From positions 124,001 through 188,000 of IMG/VR virus record IMGVR_UViG_3300028608_000006: a stretch of DNA of 64,000 nt. One strand, 5' to 3'. Positions within the stretch are counted from its first letter, which is position 1. Each line of letters opens with the position of its first letter. This document shows, in pieces, positions 28,101 to 35,927 of this stretch. The translations under genes were made by a program, and so were the position numbers. The notes under the pieces are model-generated. The model was not told where the DNA came from. It searched no databases and saw only the letters and a list, made by a program, of their open reading frames with translations.

Positions 28101-28194
28101 TGCCTCCACTAAAGATGACGATAGTGGCGACGGACTCGATCCCGCGAAAAACGATCCAACACTAGACCCTTTCACGGGCACCCCGAAGAAATAA
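25117..28194 (+). CDS. Probable portal protein (phiKZ gp129-like)
   Basis: About 1025 aa, mostly helical. Start ATG 25117 with SD GAGG (25105 also possible). N-terminal G-x-E sites (AGNE, SGLE, AGNE) and an acidic Gly/Asp/Pro tail. Position relative to the capsid/nvRNAP/DnaB block matches phiKZ-like synteny. Confidence 0.7.
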   Translation: MARENRPGTRGNIQVDYTALRADINNINPVVKSTLRNAVPRNGQSPERDEMQGKTTVNAHKLERLSNIISNNINAATDLRQITPYIGKAELIWDAIMLYPNGKQEKTLNYDTRPSKLKNSKLHDELLRVWDNYYTNDYKIEADLRPMVHDMLWNTGSYVLFNLSRPGLDYLINGSELLAEDKGMAGRAGNEAYEAYKTKAQHAVDQEFVKTEGGKYVARNRGRFVRDPHAKTTVAAVSGLEAIMSGRQTYAGNEFSLFGDNEVADDKGAKVKVDFGITLTDNPSLLYLQKLSAVTRQTDVDAVMGTEDLNLVISSAMIKGKEREEEENKKKGKKAPDPKAQTQNLTEQQADALSKGLFPNRNVGHQSIQFVKTNDSLSGNLYGRGLTWHVPSEAVIPIHRQGSNGKHEDYIFLLDDEGNFLKNTADAEYYQSMKKNANSISNKPKGGSTDSLISNLKTIQDGKDCEFDMAEFAEMAKASIVRQFMSAIISGKGDNISISIDEETNKIFLARMFKRQSVRCLYVPGESVTYMAFNYNRLGIGQSLTQAAKMHIARLAAFDVADAMANLEAAQPHSLMSINIAKEDPDPAHTIAIARSVFFEANPRIHSILSTAQLSVPQIVDALRESSLTVKINAGENPHMPAPDIDISHMDKQVFKPVDQASRDEVLNKISNYFGLPRSWLDIVDGGENQFQIEALTEHQMLLNQGANWQDQWCDMIMDFERKHTSVNGPLLNDLVKVIVDNKPLWVGDAKEPLEGSDEVKIKILLTDFINNIYCWLPTPASTESHQKLKEKLEAVDALVEAWTELSGYEKMLPVVAKALGLEEGDYNADTIKEALRAAYTTEAFKRFNMPMPFDEIVSEGKGGGMASLVNAVVHQRVNLAEFLAKLTIDVSAADKKLIKEHQPKIAKALTALEETVNKVTGAGDEGQPGGVDGDGNPIPGGDDGLGGAGDGLDDGLGGPPDDDSLTPPDDGAPPPDDADLDAPPDDDALPPDDDASTKDDDSGDGLDPAKNDPTLDPFTGTPKK

Positions 28195-28209
28195 AAAAGA
28201 TAGGCCTTA

Positions 28210-28256
28210 ATACTACTCTACCAGCCTAGGCTGGTAGAGTAGTATATTTATGTTTG
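28210..28256. terminator. Perfect 36-bp palindrome plus TTATGTTTG tail, between convergent genes
   Basis: atactactctaccagcct|aggctggtagagtagtat (28210-28245), then TTATGTTTG at 28248-28256. Confidence 0.8.
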
Positions 28257-28257
28257 A

Positions 28258-28989
28258 TTAGTTGTCGTCCCAAGGATCTGACTGAATAATCCAGCCGGGA
28301 TACTCGCGATTGATTTCTTTCATTTGCTCGGATAAGTCCAGCAGTTGCCCGCGGTCCACATGCGGAATATGTTCCCCGATGTGTTCAGGTTTACCCAGTA
28401 CCAGCAGGAGGTTCTTCCCGGAGAACATTCCCAGATTCTCGTGCTCCCTACCCACTAGTTGTTCGTGGATGAGCCAGTAGATATGACGAGCATCGTCAAC
28501 ATCCATCGGCCAAGTGTTGTGGTGGGTCAGGTAATTAAAGACAGCCCCGATGCCAGCCAGCGCAGCATGGAGAGGTTGGTTAACATCGGGTGGCAGGAAA
28601 CGTTCAAGCGAGACAGTGATGCAACCAATACGGTGCTGATCGTCCCGTGCCTTGTGAACCTCCCAAGCGCCGCGGAGGAAGTCTTTAGGGAAGCGGTATT
28701 CCTCGTAGCCTTTAATAAGGTCACGTTGTGGTTTATCTGGATTGTGTCCACGCAGTTCTTTCTTTAGATCCGATGCAAGACCTAGCTGGTCTTTGCGGGA
28801 GAGTTCGTGTTCAACAACCACAGGCGCGGTTAGGCGTTCACGAAGGAGTTCTATTAGTCCGTCGAAGTTAGGAAGGTCTAACAACAGCAGGTGTGGAGGC
28901 AGTGGTTTTACTTGACGAAGCCCCAAGTACTTAAGCAGCTCTGCCAGCTGTTCATTAGTCAGGGGTGTCTTAGTAACTTGATTATTCAT
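28258..28989 (-). CDS. Hypothetical early-island protein, paralogue of 29058..30086
   Basis: Likely start MNNQVT (ATG 28989). Shares P.TN..L...L....L.Q..PLPP and GW..hS motifs with the upstream ORF. Confidence 0.7.
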   Translation of the reverse strand: MNNQVTKTPLTNEQLAELLKYLGLRQVKPLPPHLLLLDLPNFDGLIELLRERLTAPVVVEHELSRKDQLGLASDLKKELRGHNPDKPQRDLIKGYEEYRFPKDFLRGAWEVHKARDDQHRIGCITVSLERFLPPDVNQPLHAALAGIGAVFNYLTHHNTWPMDVDDARHIYWLIHEQLVGREHENLGMFSGKNLLLVLGKPEHIGEHIPHVDRGQLLDLSEQMKEINREYPGWIIQSDPWDDN

Positions 28990-29020
28990 ACTTTCAAATC
29001 CTTGTGTAAAGAACAAGAAG

Positions 29021-29047
29021 CCGTGGGGCTAAACAACCACCCCACGG
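29021..29047 (-). terminator. Short hairpin with U-rich tail
   Basis: Arms ccgtgggg and ccccacgg; minus strand continues CTTCTTGTTCTTT. Confidence 0.5.
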
Positions 29048-29057
29048 AGTACTGCGC

Positions 29058-30086
29058 TTACCAGCTTGCCATTTGACGACGGAAGATAACCACTTCCGGT
29101 GCTGTGTCGTTGAGAGCGTCGTTGGAATCACCACGGTATGCGCTGTGGACAACCCAACCGTTAAAACCGAGTCCTACCCGAGCAGCCAAGGCGGCAGGGA
29201 GGTTTTGGAGTTCACCAATCGTCAGGAACAACTTCGGGTACTTCGGTGCGTCGTAATCGGCCATCTGAAGTTCACGAGAGATCTCGTTCACCATGGTCAG
29301 CAGTTCGATCTCGTCGCAGGTTTCAACCAGCACTTCGCTCTTGAGCAGAATTTCCTGGATACCCAGAACAGTGTCGGTAAAAGATTCATCGTTAGAGAAT
29401 TCGAACGACACAGACGGCAGCGGCGCCATACGGGTGTTCGTCGCTGCACCCATGAAAGGGCCGAACGGGAATTGAGCTTGGTTGAAAGTGTTGTAACGCT
29501 CGTTACCGTAAGGGTTAGCTGGCATGTTGAAAGGCTGCATCCCAGACTGTTGACTTTGGAACAGACGGCTCTTCACCAGTTCCAACAGCTCCAATCCAGC
29601 CGGGTAGGCGCCAAACTGAGCCGGCGGAAGCGGATGAATCTGAGTGAGGGTATACGCACCCAGTACTTGGTACAGTTCCAAGTTGGTGGCGGGACGGTGG
29701 GTTCCGAGCTGGCGGCCGAAGCAATCGAGGCCGAACATAAAGCCGCGGTTAGAACTGTGACCACCCATTCCCATATCAGCCTGAGCGAAAGGTCGGAAGT
29801 TCGCATCAGCGGTGCTGCGATCAACACACTTGAATTCCCAACCCGGATGACCCGCTTGTTTCTTTGCCCAGATATCGGCGGTAACGATGTAACGTTCAGT
29901 AAGCTGGCTCATTACGCTCATGGACGGAACCATTGCGGTGATGGCACAGCGGGCATCCATTTCGTCAATGAAAGAACCGCTCTTCACGAGATGCTCTTTC
30001 AAGAGATTCAGGTCGATGCCCATTGGAGACATGAACTGGTTCAGGATAACAGAGATAACTCTTGGTGCTTGGGTGTTCTGTTGCAT
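29058..30086 (-). CDS. Hypothetical early-island protein
   Basis: 342 aa, SD AAGGAA, with a Q/P/N/F-rich central linker. Confidence 0.75.
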   Translation of the reverse strand: MQQNTQAPRVISVILNQFMSPMGIDLNLLKEHLVKSGSFIDEMDARCAITAMVPSMSVMSQLTERYIVTADIWAKKQAGHPGWEFKCVDRSTADANFRPFAQADMGMGGHSSNRGFMFGLDCFGRQLGTHRPATNLELYQVLGAYTLTQIHPLPPAQFGAYPAGLELLELVKSRLFQSQQSGMQPFNMPANPYGNERYNTFNQAQFPFGPFMGAATNTRMAPLPSVSFEFSNDESFTDTVLGIQEILLKSEVLVETCDEIELLTMVNEISRELQMADYDAPKYPKLFLTIGELQNLPAALAARVGLGFNGWVVHSAYRGDSNDALNDTAPEVVIFRRQMASW

Positions 30087-30103
30087 GTGTTTATTCCTTC
30101 TAA

Positions 30104-30331
30104 TTAGATTGGGAGACGGAAGCCAGAGGCGGGGAAATCTTTACTACTAGTTTCCTCACCTATTAACAACCGGCGTTTTATTTCTTCAAACATTACTTTA
30201 CCATTGATGACCAAGGCGTGTTTGTCGCCCCCGTTTGATGTTGCATACAGGTGGTAATGCCGGAGCACTTCCACAAGTTCTTTGTTCGATAGGTTCTTTA
30301 CATCCTCTATCGATTTGTCATTCGTTGCCAT
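30104..30331 (-). CDS. Small hypothetical protein
   Basis: 75 aa, SD GAGGGA. Confidence 0.65.
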   Translation of the reverse strand: MATNDKSIEDVKNLSNKELVEVLRHYHLYATSNGGDKHALVINGKVMFEEIKRRLLIGEETSSKDFPASGFRLPI

Positions 30332-30362
30332 AAAGAAAGTCCCTCGATGCAGAAAACAAAAT

Positions 30363-30406
30363 CCTCTAACTCTATTAACGTCTTGGTGAGAAAATAGAGT
30401 TAGAGG
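30363..30406 (-). terminator. Hairpin with U-rich tail
   Basis: 14-bp arms cctctaactctatt and aatagagttagagg; minus strand continues ATTTTGTTTT. Confidence 0.7.
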
Positions 30407-30414
30407 CGGTGCTG

Positions 30415-31140
30415 TTAGTAGTGCGTACCCGCTACGTAGTGTTGACGTATGTCGCCGTTCATTTCGCAGAGGTACACACCCGTGCCTTGGACACCCGACG
30501 TCTTGTACTCGTGCTTGATAACCTGGTCGTCGAAGTTAACGAGAAGATTCGTGAAAACCTCGACACTAGTCCAAGAGGGTGGGATTGTGCTGTACTGCAC
30601 TTTGGCAAAATCCGGATTCTCCGCTATCAACTGGACCGAGTAAGCGTAATACATGCTCTTGCTAATATAGTGCCGGACGAATTCACCGCGGCGCTCCACA
30701 ACAGGGATATCCACGAGCACACGCCACTTCACACCTTCTGCTTCGTCGATCTGTTTGATCTCTAGAAACACTTGCGCTGTTGCCAGTCTTTCGGCGGAGA
30801 TCTTCAGTCCAATGGATTCGACGATTTGGTTGCACACACGGTTAACCCCGGTATCTGGTTTACCTTGGAGGAGACCATACACCGCATCCTTTACCAAATT
30901 AACCAGAGCCAGATTGTGGTGCACTACCGCGGCGAGATCGATACCAACTACCTTGGTGTTCTTCCGTGTATCAGTAGCGGTGGAATCCGAATTGCCCTCC
31001 AGACGGATCTTGGCGGCGCTCAGTAATTTCTGAGCGTAGCCAGACAGATTCCCGTACATCTCCAACCGCCCGATTTCAAATGCCAGCTTTTCATTGGACA
31101 TTTCGAGATAGGGGTTCTTTCCGTTTTCGATGAGACTCAT
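30415..31140 (-). CDS. Hypothetical early-island protein
   Basis: Start moved to MSLIENG (ATG 31140, SD AAGGT), because the upstream extension in the ORF track crosses a terminator. Confidence 0.7.
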   Translation of the reverse strand: MSLIENGKNPYLEMSNEKLAFEIGRLEMYGNLSGYAQKLLSAAKIRLEGNSDSTATDTRKNTKVVGIDLAAVVHHNLALVNLVKDAVYGLLQGKPDTGVNRVCNQIVESIGLKISAERLATAQVFLEIKQIDEAEGVKWRVLVDIPVVERRGEFVRHYISKSMYYAYSVQLIAENPDFAKVQYSTIPPSWTSVEVFTNLLVNFDDQVIKHEYKTSGVQGTGVYLCEMNGDIRQHYVAGTHY

Positions 31141-31168
31141 GACTAATACCTTGTGTTTGAAATGAGAC

Positions 31169-31197
31169 AAAAATAAAGGGCAGCCGAAGCCGCCCCT
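31169..31197 (-). terminator. Intrinsic terminator with C(UUCG)G loop
   Basis: Minus strand AGGGGCGGC-TTCG-GCTGCCCTT-TATTTTT. Confidence 0.8.
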
Positions 31198-31213
31198 GTA
31201 CCACAACAGCCAG

Positions 31214-31588
31214 TTAAGCCTGGCCGCCGAGGTTGCCCAACGAGTCGATGATTGCAGCGCCCAGGCTTGCAACGCTTACGCCGAAGCTACCAGCGGTAAT
31301 GCCGGTCAGTACTTTGGTGGTAGTGTTAACGTTGCTGAATGGGGACATTACTGTACCCAGAGCGTAACCACCGATAGCACCAGCGATAGCACCACCAATG
31401 GCGGCACCTTTGGAGTGACCAGCGGACAGTGCGCAAGCACCACCCAGCAGACCACCGATAACACCTGCAACTTCAGATACAGCCAGGCCTTTGTCACGCT
31501 CACCCAGAATGGATGTGGCGCGAGCGCGTTGAGCTTCGGCTTCGATGTTGTCAGCAAAACGTTGTTCGGTAGAAGTGAATGCGGTCAT
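31214..31588 (-). CDS. Glycine-zipper membrane protein
   Basis: 124 aa with hydrophobic GxxxG arrays (AGVIGGLLGGA, GAAIGGAIAGAIGG, GITAGSFG); first gene after an early promoter; SD AAGGA. Confidence 0.75.
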   Translation of the reverse strand: MTAFTSTEQRFADNIEAEAQRARATSILGERDKGLAVSEVAGVIGGLLGGACALSAGHSKGAAIGGAIAGAIGGYALGTVMSPFSNVNTTTKVLTGITAGSFGVSVASLGAAIIDSLGNLGGQA

Positions 31589-31646
31589 GGTTCAAGTCCT
31601 TGTGTATCAGGGTAGGAAGAAGTTATTTGTATTGCTTACTACCCTA

Positions 31647-31663
31647 GTTATATAGACCTGAAA
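31647..31663 (-). promoter_or_regulatory. phiKZ-type early promoter
   Basis: Minus strand TTTCA-GGTC-TATATAAC, with the same spacing as the promoter at 3015-3031. Confidence 0.7.
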
Positions 31664-31683
31664 AGAAATGTAACTTAAATTTA

Positions 31684-31815
31684 TTACATGTAGAAGCTGG
31701 GGAAAGAAATCCAAGTACCCAGATACTTAAAGCCGTAGTACAGACCAAAGCCAATAGCGATACCCAAGATAGGCGCACCGCAGGCATCCGCAAAGCGTCG
31801 CAGCAAATAGCTCAT
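31684..31815 (-). CDS. 43-aa single-TM small protein (below the ORF-track cutoff)
   Basis: SD GAGGA, then MSYLLRRFADACGAPILGIAIGFGLYYGFKYLGTWISFPSFYM*. Confidence 0.6.
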   Translation of the reverse strand: MSYLLRRFADACGAPILGIAIGFGLYYGFKYLGTWISFPSFYM

Positions 31816-31860
31816 GATTAATCCTCAAAGAAAGAGTGGGGTGTTGAAAAGAAAGGTCAA

Positions 31861-31898
31861 GCAAACATAATCCACCGGGGTTGCCCTCGGTGGATTAT
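31861..31898 (-). terminator. Hairpin plus TTATGTTTGC tail
   Basis: Arms ataatccaccg (31867-31877) and cggtggattat (31888-31898); + strand GCAAACATAA at 31861-31870. Confidence 0.8.
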
Positions 31899-31908
31899 TG
31901 TCCGTTAC

Positions 31909-34248
31909 TTAATCAAGCGCCAGCAGAACCAGCGGTTGTTTACGAGAGACGTGACGAAGAGTCGCCATGTTCTTGTCTACAGCCGAGTAGCTCCAGAGCC
32001 ACAGGTTGTCGCTGGTGGTGAAGCAGAGCAGCTTGTCCGTTGTATCGAACGAGGCGTCTTCACCCATCGTCGGATCGAATGATTTCTCGATCAGGTCGAA
32101 GTATTCTGGGAAGGTACTGCGTTTCAGTTGGATCGGTAGGTTGGAATCTTGGTAGATCGGACCGCCACGGTTATTGATGAAAGTGAACATGAGTGGGCGT
32201 TCGAGGATTAGTTCTTGCGCGTACTTGATCTGCTCAATTGCAGACAGTTCGCCATCAGCAGGTTGGGACGGATGGTTGTACGTGAAGATCTTCAGTTCTT
32301 CAAGCAGGTAGTTCTCTGAATCGTTGGAGTTGAGCAACCGGAACATGATCGAGTCAGTACGTTCCAGATGTTCGTCCAGCGCCTCGTGGTCCTTCACAAT
32401 GCTGTCAACCGACAGGTAGTGAGCTTCGTGAGGGTAGCTGTCATAACCGCCGGAGTTGATGAAGAAGTTATTGATGGTCGCGGTCAGGCGGCTGTCAATG
32501 AACGACATCAGTTCACGGTCGATGATGTTCTGGCGGAAGTAAGCCAGTGTTGCTCGCATTGCTGCGAAGAAGGTGGGACGGGTCGACATGTCGCTGTCTT
32601 TAAACAGGAACGGCAGATCCTGGAACAAACGGATCTTGTCTTCTGGGCGCGCACAAGCAAATGTGTCCCAGACTTTGGTGTTGAAGCTCACCGCGTTAGC
32701 TTTGGTGAAGTTCTGGCTGACACGCTGGTTGACATTGATCAAGGTCGATTCCAGATCTTTCGAGCTGGCGAACAAGAGTTGGTCTTTCAGGGTGATGACC
32801 GGGATTTTGTCTTTCTCTTCCAGGGTCTGGCAAGTCTCGAGCGAGATTGTCAGCGCGGCGTCACCTTTCAAACCGGAGACGTCTTCCACAGCGGAAGTTT
32901 CAACTTGCAGGAAGTCACCACCTTCATCAGACAGACGGGGTAGCAGCTTCGTTGGGTCAGTCAATACGGTTGGCATATCAAGGCCCTCGGCACGGACGAT
33001 TCGGCTGAACCATCCTGAGTCAGCGTCAAGATCGATGATAACGATTCGGAAGCAATGCTCCATCACCGTTTCTTCTTTCTTCATTTCTGGGTGCTTAACA
33101 AACGCGTGTTGAATCTTCTTCCAGTCAGTCTCGGTAATCAAGTAATGATTTGGTTTACCGATGTTGTAGAAGAATCGTGCGAGCTGGAACTCTCCTTTGT
33201 TTTTGGGTGTAAGGTTGTTCAGGTCATTACGGATTTTGTTCCAGTTGTGTTCAGCCTGTGCGAAGGTTTCCTGAGGATCCTGTTGCACTGGGCGATCCCA
33301 AGTGTTGCCCGAATAGTCCCGAGCGTTCTTCTGGATCATGTGAAACAGGTCACGGGTGTCCGACATGTCAGCTTGACCATGCATACCCAGACCACCGCCG
33401 TACAGGTATTCAGCCCCTGACTCGTAGCGGTTCTGTTGGAGATCAGCGCGAACAGCCGCTTTGATCTCAAACTTCAAATCGGCGTACGGGTTGTTAAGAC
33501 CGAATACTGCACACGCCGAGCTGATGACATCTTTGTAGTTTTCCAGGTTAGGCATCTTGCTCGCCAAGTCTTTCGGCAATTGACGAGCATGCATGTTACC
33601 TTCTGCCGTCTTCATCAACCAGTTCACCATCTCCATCAGGAGAACGGAACGAATTGCGATTTCAGCAGCACCTAGGTATTGGTTAGCGGTTAACTCTTCC
33701 CGACCAGTTTCCTGACGGACGTGAATCAAGCGCCAACCAAACAGAGGAGCTGCGGCAATCGCCACCGGGCGGTTAAATTCCTGGTGGCGTTGGAACATGG
33801 TAACAAACGCATCACGAACTGGACAAGGATTGCCCTGCTCATTACGACGAAAGCTTTCCACAGTTTGCCGGTATACTTCGTAGAACTTACCGGAACGGGA
33901 GATGATGTGTTGCATGAAGATTACGTTGAACTGCACCACCGAAGCTGCGTGATACTGCATCGAATCTTGATCAGGACCTGACGAACTCAGGATCTCCTGC
34001 ATGCCGGAGTCGTACACGTTAGTGCCGTACGACTCCCACTTGATACCACCTCCCATTGCGGCGGTGCTGCCTTCGACCATCTGGCGAAACATCGCCATTG
34101 GATCCATGGCCTGACCCATTGCATTGGTGGTCGCGCCTGTCATGCCGGCACGCGCACCCATACCTGGAGCTGTACCCATTGTTGGAACGATTACAGATGC
34201 ACCGCCTGGTTTGATCATGCTGCCAGGACCGCCGTTACCTTGTTGCAT
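31909..34248 (-). CDS. Conserved hypothetical protein downstream of the nvRNAP subunit
   Basis: 779 aa with a Met/Gly/Ala-rich low-complexity N-terminus; co-transcribed with the RNAP subunit. Confidence 0.7.
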   Translation of the reverse strand: MQQGNGGPGSMIKPGGASVIVPTMGTAPGMGARAGMTGATTNAMGQAMDPMAMFRQMVEGSTAAMGGGIKWESYGTNVYDSGMQEILSSSGPDQDSMQYHAASVVQFNVIFMQHIISRSGKFYEVYRQTVESFRRNEQGNPCPVRDAFVTMFQRHQEFNRPVAIAAAPLFGWRLIHVRQETGREELTANQYLGAAEIAIRSVLLMEMVNWLMKTAEGNMHARQLPKDLASKMPNLENYKDVISSACAVFGLNNPYADLKFEIKAAVRADLQQNRYESGAEYLYGGGLGMHGQADMSDTRDLFHMIQKNARDYSGNTWDRPVQQDPQETFAQAEHNWNKIRNDLNNLTPKNKGEFQLARFFYNIGKPNHYLITETDWKKIQHAFVKHPEMKKEETVMEHCFRIVIIDLDADSGWFSRIVRAEGLDMPTVLTDPTKLLPRLSDEGGDFLQVETSAVEDVSGLKGDAALTISLETCQTLEEKDKIPVITLKDQLLFASSKDLESTLINVNQRVSQNFTKANAVSFNTKVWDTFACARPEDKIRLFQDLPFLFKDSDMSTRPTFFAAMRATLAYFRQNIIDRELMSFIDSRLTATINNFFINSGGYDSYPHEAHYLSVDSIVKDHEALDEHLERTDSIMFRLLNSNDSENYLLEELKIFTYNHPSQPADGELSAIEQIKYAQELILERPLMFTFINNRGGPIYQDSNLPIQLKRSTFPEYFDLIEKSFDPTMGEDASFDTTDKLLCFTTSDNLWLWSYSAVDKNMATLRHVSRKQPLVLLALD

Positions 34249-34262
34249 GGCTAGTTTACTCT

Positions 34263-35915
34263 TTATTCACGTCGCTTCAGCCTGTTCGCTGTCAATTCAT
34301 ATAACTCTTTGAACTCAGGAGCGAGTCCGGTTATTTTGTCATTGATCAGGTGCAGGCATGGCGTCAGATACCCTCGTCCGTCTGGATACGGGTTAGTCAC
34401 CCGCAGGTAACTGTTTACGAAGGGCAAGGAAGGGTGGGTGAAACACGCGCTGTCAGTGGTATCGAAATCGCCGCGTTTCTTCTTGTTACCTACCCCAGTA
34501 TAGACCTTGTGCTGTGGCATGCACCCTAACACATAATCGATAAAGGGATTATCTGTCGGTGTCGGTTCCTGAATGAGATTGGTCGTTCGAGCATTGTCAA
34601 TCTCCTTAATGTGAAAGTTGTTGTTGAGGAACCGGGACACTTTCTTCTGGCTGAGTTCCGAGTTGTTCTTGATGTCGTGTTTGAAACTGTTGGCGGCTGT
34701 AATCAGCTTGTCCAACGTGAATTCCAAACTCGCCAGCTCTTTGTAGAGCATGGACGCACGATCGGTTGTTTGAACGATCTCACTGCGGTTGGCAATGATG
34801 TAGTTAAACAAGTCGAACATGTTCGCCACCACGATGGACTGGGACGCGAATTTCTTGATCGAGTCTTCGTCCAGGTACTCGTTGATCGAGTCAAAGTGCT
34901 CATGCATGAGTCGCATGATGTACTCATTACTGTCACCCGCTTTCACGGAGCAGCGACCGATGATCAACTTCCAGTAGTCCGGGCTGTCAATGCTGTCAAT
35001 ATCAAAGTACGAGGAAAGACAATCGATGACAAACAACAACGCCCCGGCGTACTGCAACGCCATAGAGCTCAGCTCTTTACGCTTATCGGATTTGTTCCGT
35101 ACCGCCACGGCATAGTCGTGGCCTACGAAGTCACCCAGAGAACGCGAGTTAGGCGAACTGGAACGGGTGATGATTTCCCAACGGTCTTGCGGTTTGCATT
35201 CCGCAATCAAAGCATCCGTTGGTCCGATCTCAAAGTCACACTCGCCGTACTGCTGCATTGCGCGAGTGAACCCCATATCCGCAAAGATATACCAGGCTAA
35301 CAAAGGCGTAGGGGTTTTGGTATCCTTGATCTTCCGGGCTTCCGTCGGCGAGTAGAACCGATTGGCAGCCAGGTTGATGTCGGCGGTTCGTGTCAAGTTG
35401 CTACCGGTCTCTGAGAACACTTGGTCGTACTTAAAGTGTTCCACACCGATCTTGAACTTGAACCCCAAGACTTTAACGAAGAGCGAGTTTTCCTTAGTGA
35501 CCGGTAACCCACGTTCAGCTAACACAAATTGCAGGCTATAATGCACACCACGCAACCAGAGGTCGCCATGCTTGTCGCAATACGGCAACATGACATACAC
35601 TGGGTTCAACGCGATAATCTTGCCGGCCTTGTCCTTGTATTCGAACATGATCTTGCAAGGGTACAACGTCTCCTTGTGAATGTCGAAGATCTTGCTACTC
35701 GACTTGATGAGGTAATCGATGTACTCACGCGGCGGTACTCGAAAGACGCCACGGAAGAACACCCCACGCTTTTCAATGCTCTTGAAAATCAATCGAAGTG
35801 AATGGTCAAAGTAGTGCAGACCTTTTTCGAATTCCTTTTGATGAAAACCGTCAACAATTACCTGATTGAATTTCGGCATTGTTGCTTCAATAGGTCCAAT
35901 TAACCTTGGATGCAT
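34263..35915 (-). CDS. Non-virion RNA polymerase beta subunit, N-terminal part (phiKZ gp123-like)
   Basis: 550 aa. NLIQEPTPTDNP and CFTHPS...PYPDGRGYLTP resemble RpoB region D (SQFMDQNNP; DVHPSH...TPEG.N.GL). Lies downstream of the capsid gene as in phiKZ. Confidence 0.85.
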   Translation of the reverse strand: MHPRLIGPIEATMPKFNQVIVDGFHQKEFEKGLHYFDHSLRLIFKSIEKRGVFFRGVFRVPPREYIDYLIKSSSKIFDIHKETLYPCKIMFEYKDKAGKIIALNPVYVMLPYCDKHGDLWLRGVHYSLQFVLAERGLPVTKENSLFVKVLGFKFKIGVEHFKYDQVFSETGSNLTRTADINLAANRFYSPTEARKIKDTKTPTPLLAWYIFADMGFTRAMQQYGECDFEIGPTDALIAECKPQDRWEIITRSSSPNSRSLGDFVGHDYAVAVRNKSDKRKELSSMALQYAGALLFVIDCLSSYFDIDSIDSPDYWKLIIGRCSVKAGDSNEYIMRLMHEHFDSINEYLDEDSIKKFASQSIVVANMFDLFNYIIANRSEIVQTTDRASMLYKELASLEFTLDKLITAANSFKHDIKNNSELSQKKVSRFLNNNFHIKEIDNARTTNLIQEPTPTDNPFIDYVLGCMPQHKVYTGVGNKKKRGDFDTTDSACFTHPSLPFVNSYLRVTNPYPDGRGYLTPCLHLINDKITGLAPEFKELYELTANRLKRRE

Positions 35916-35927
35916 CGTGACTCCAAA

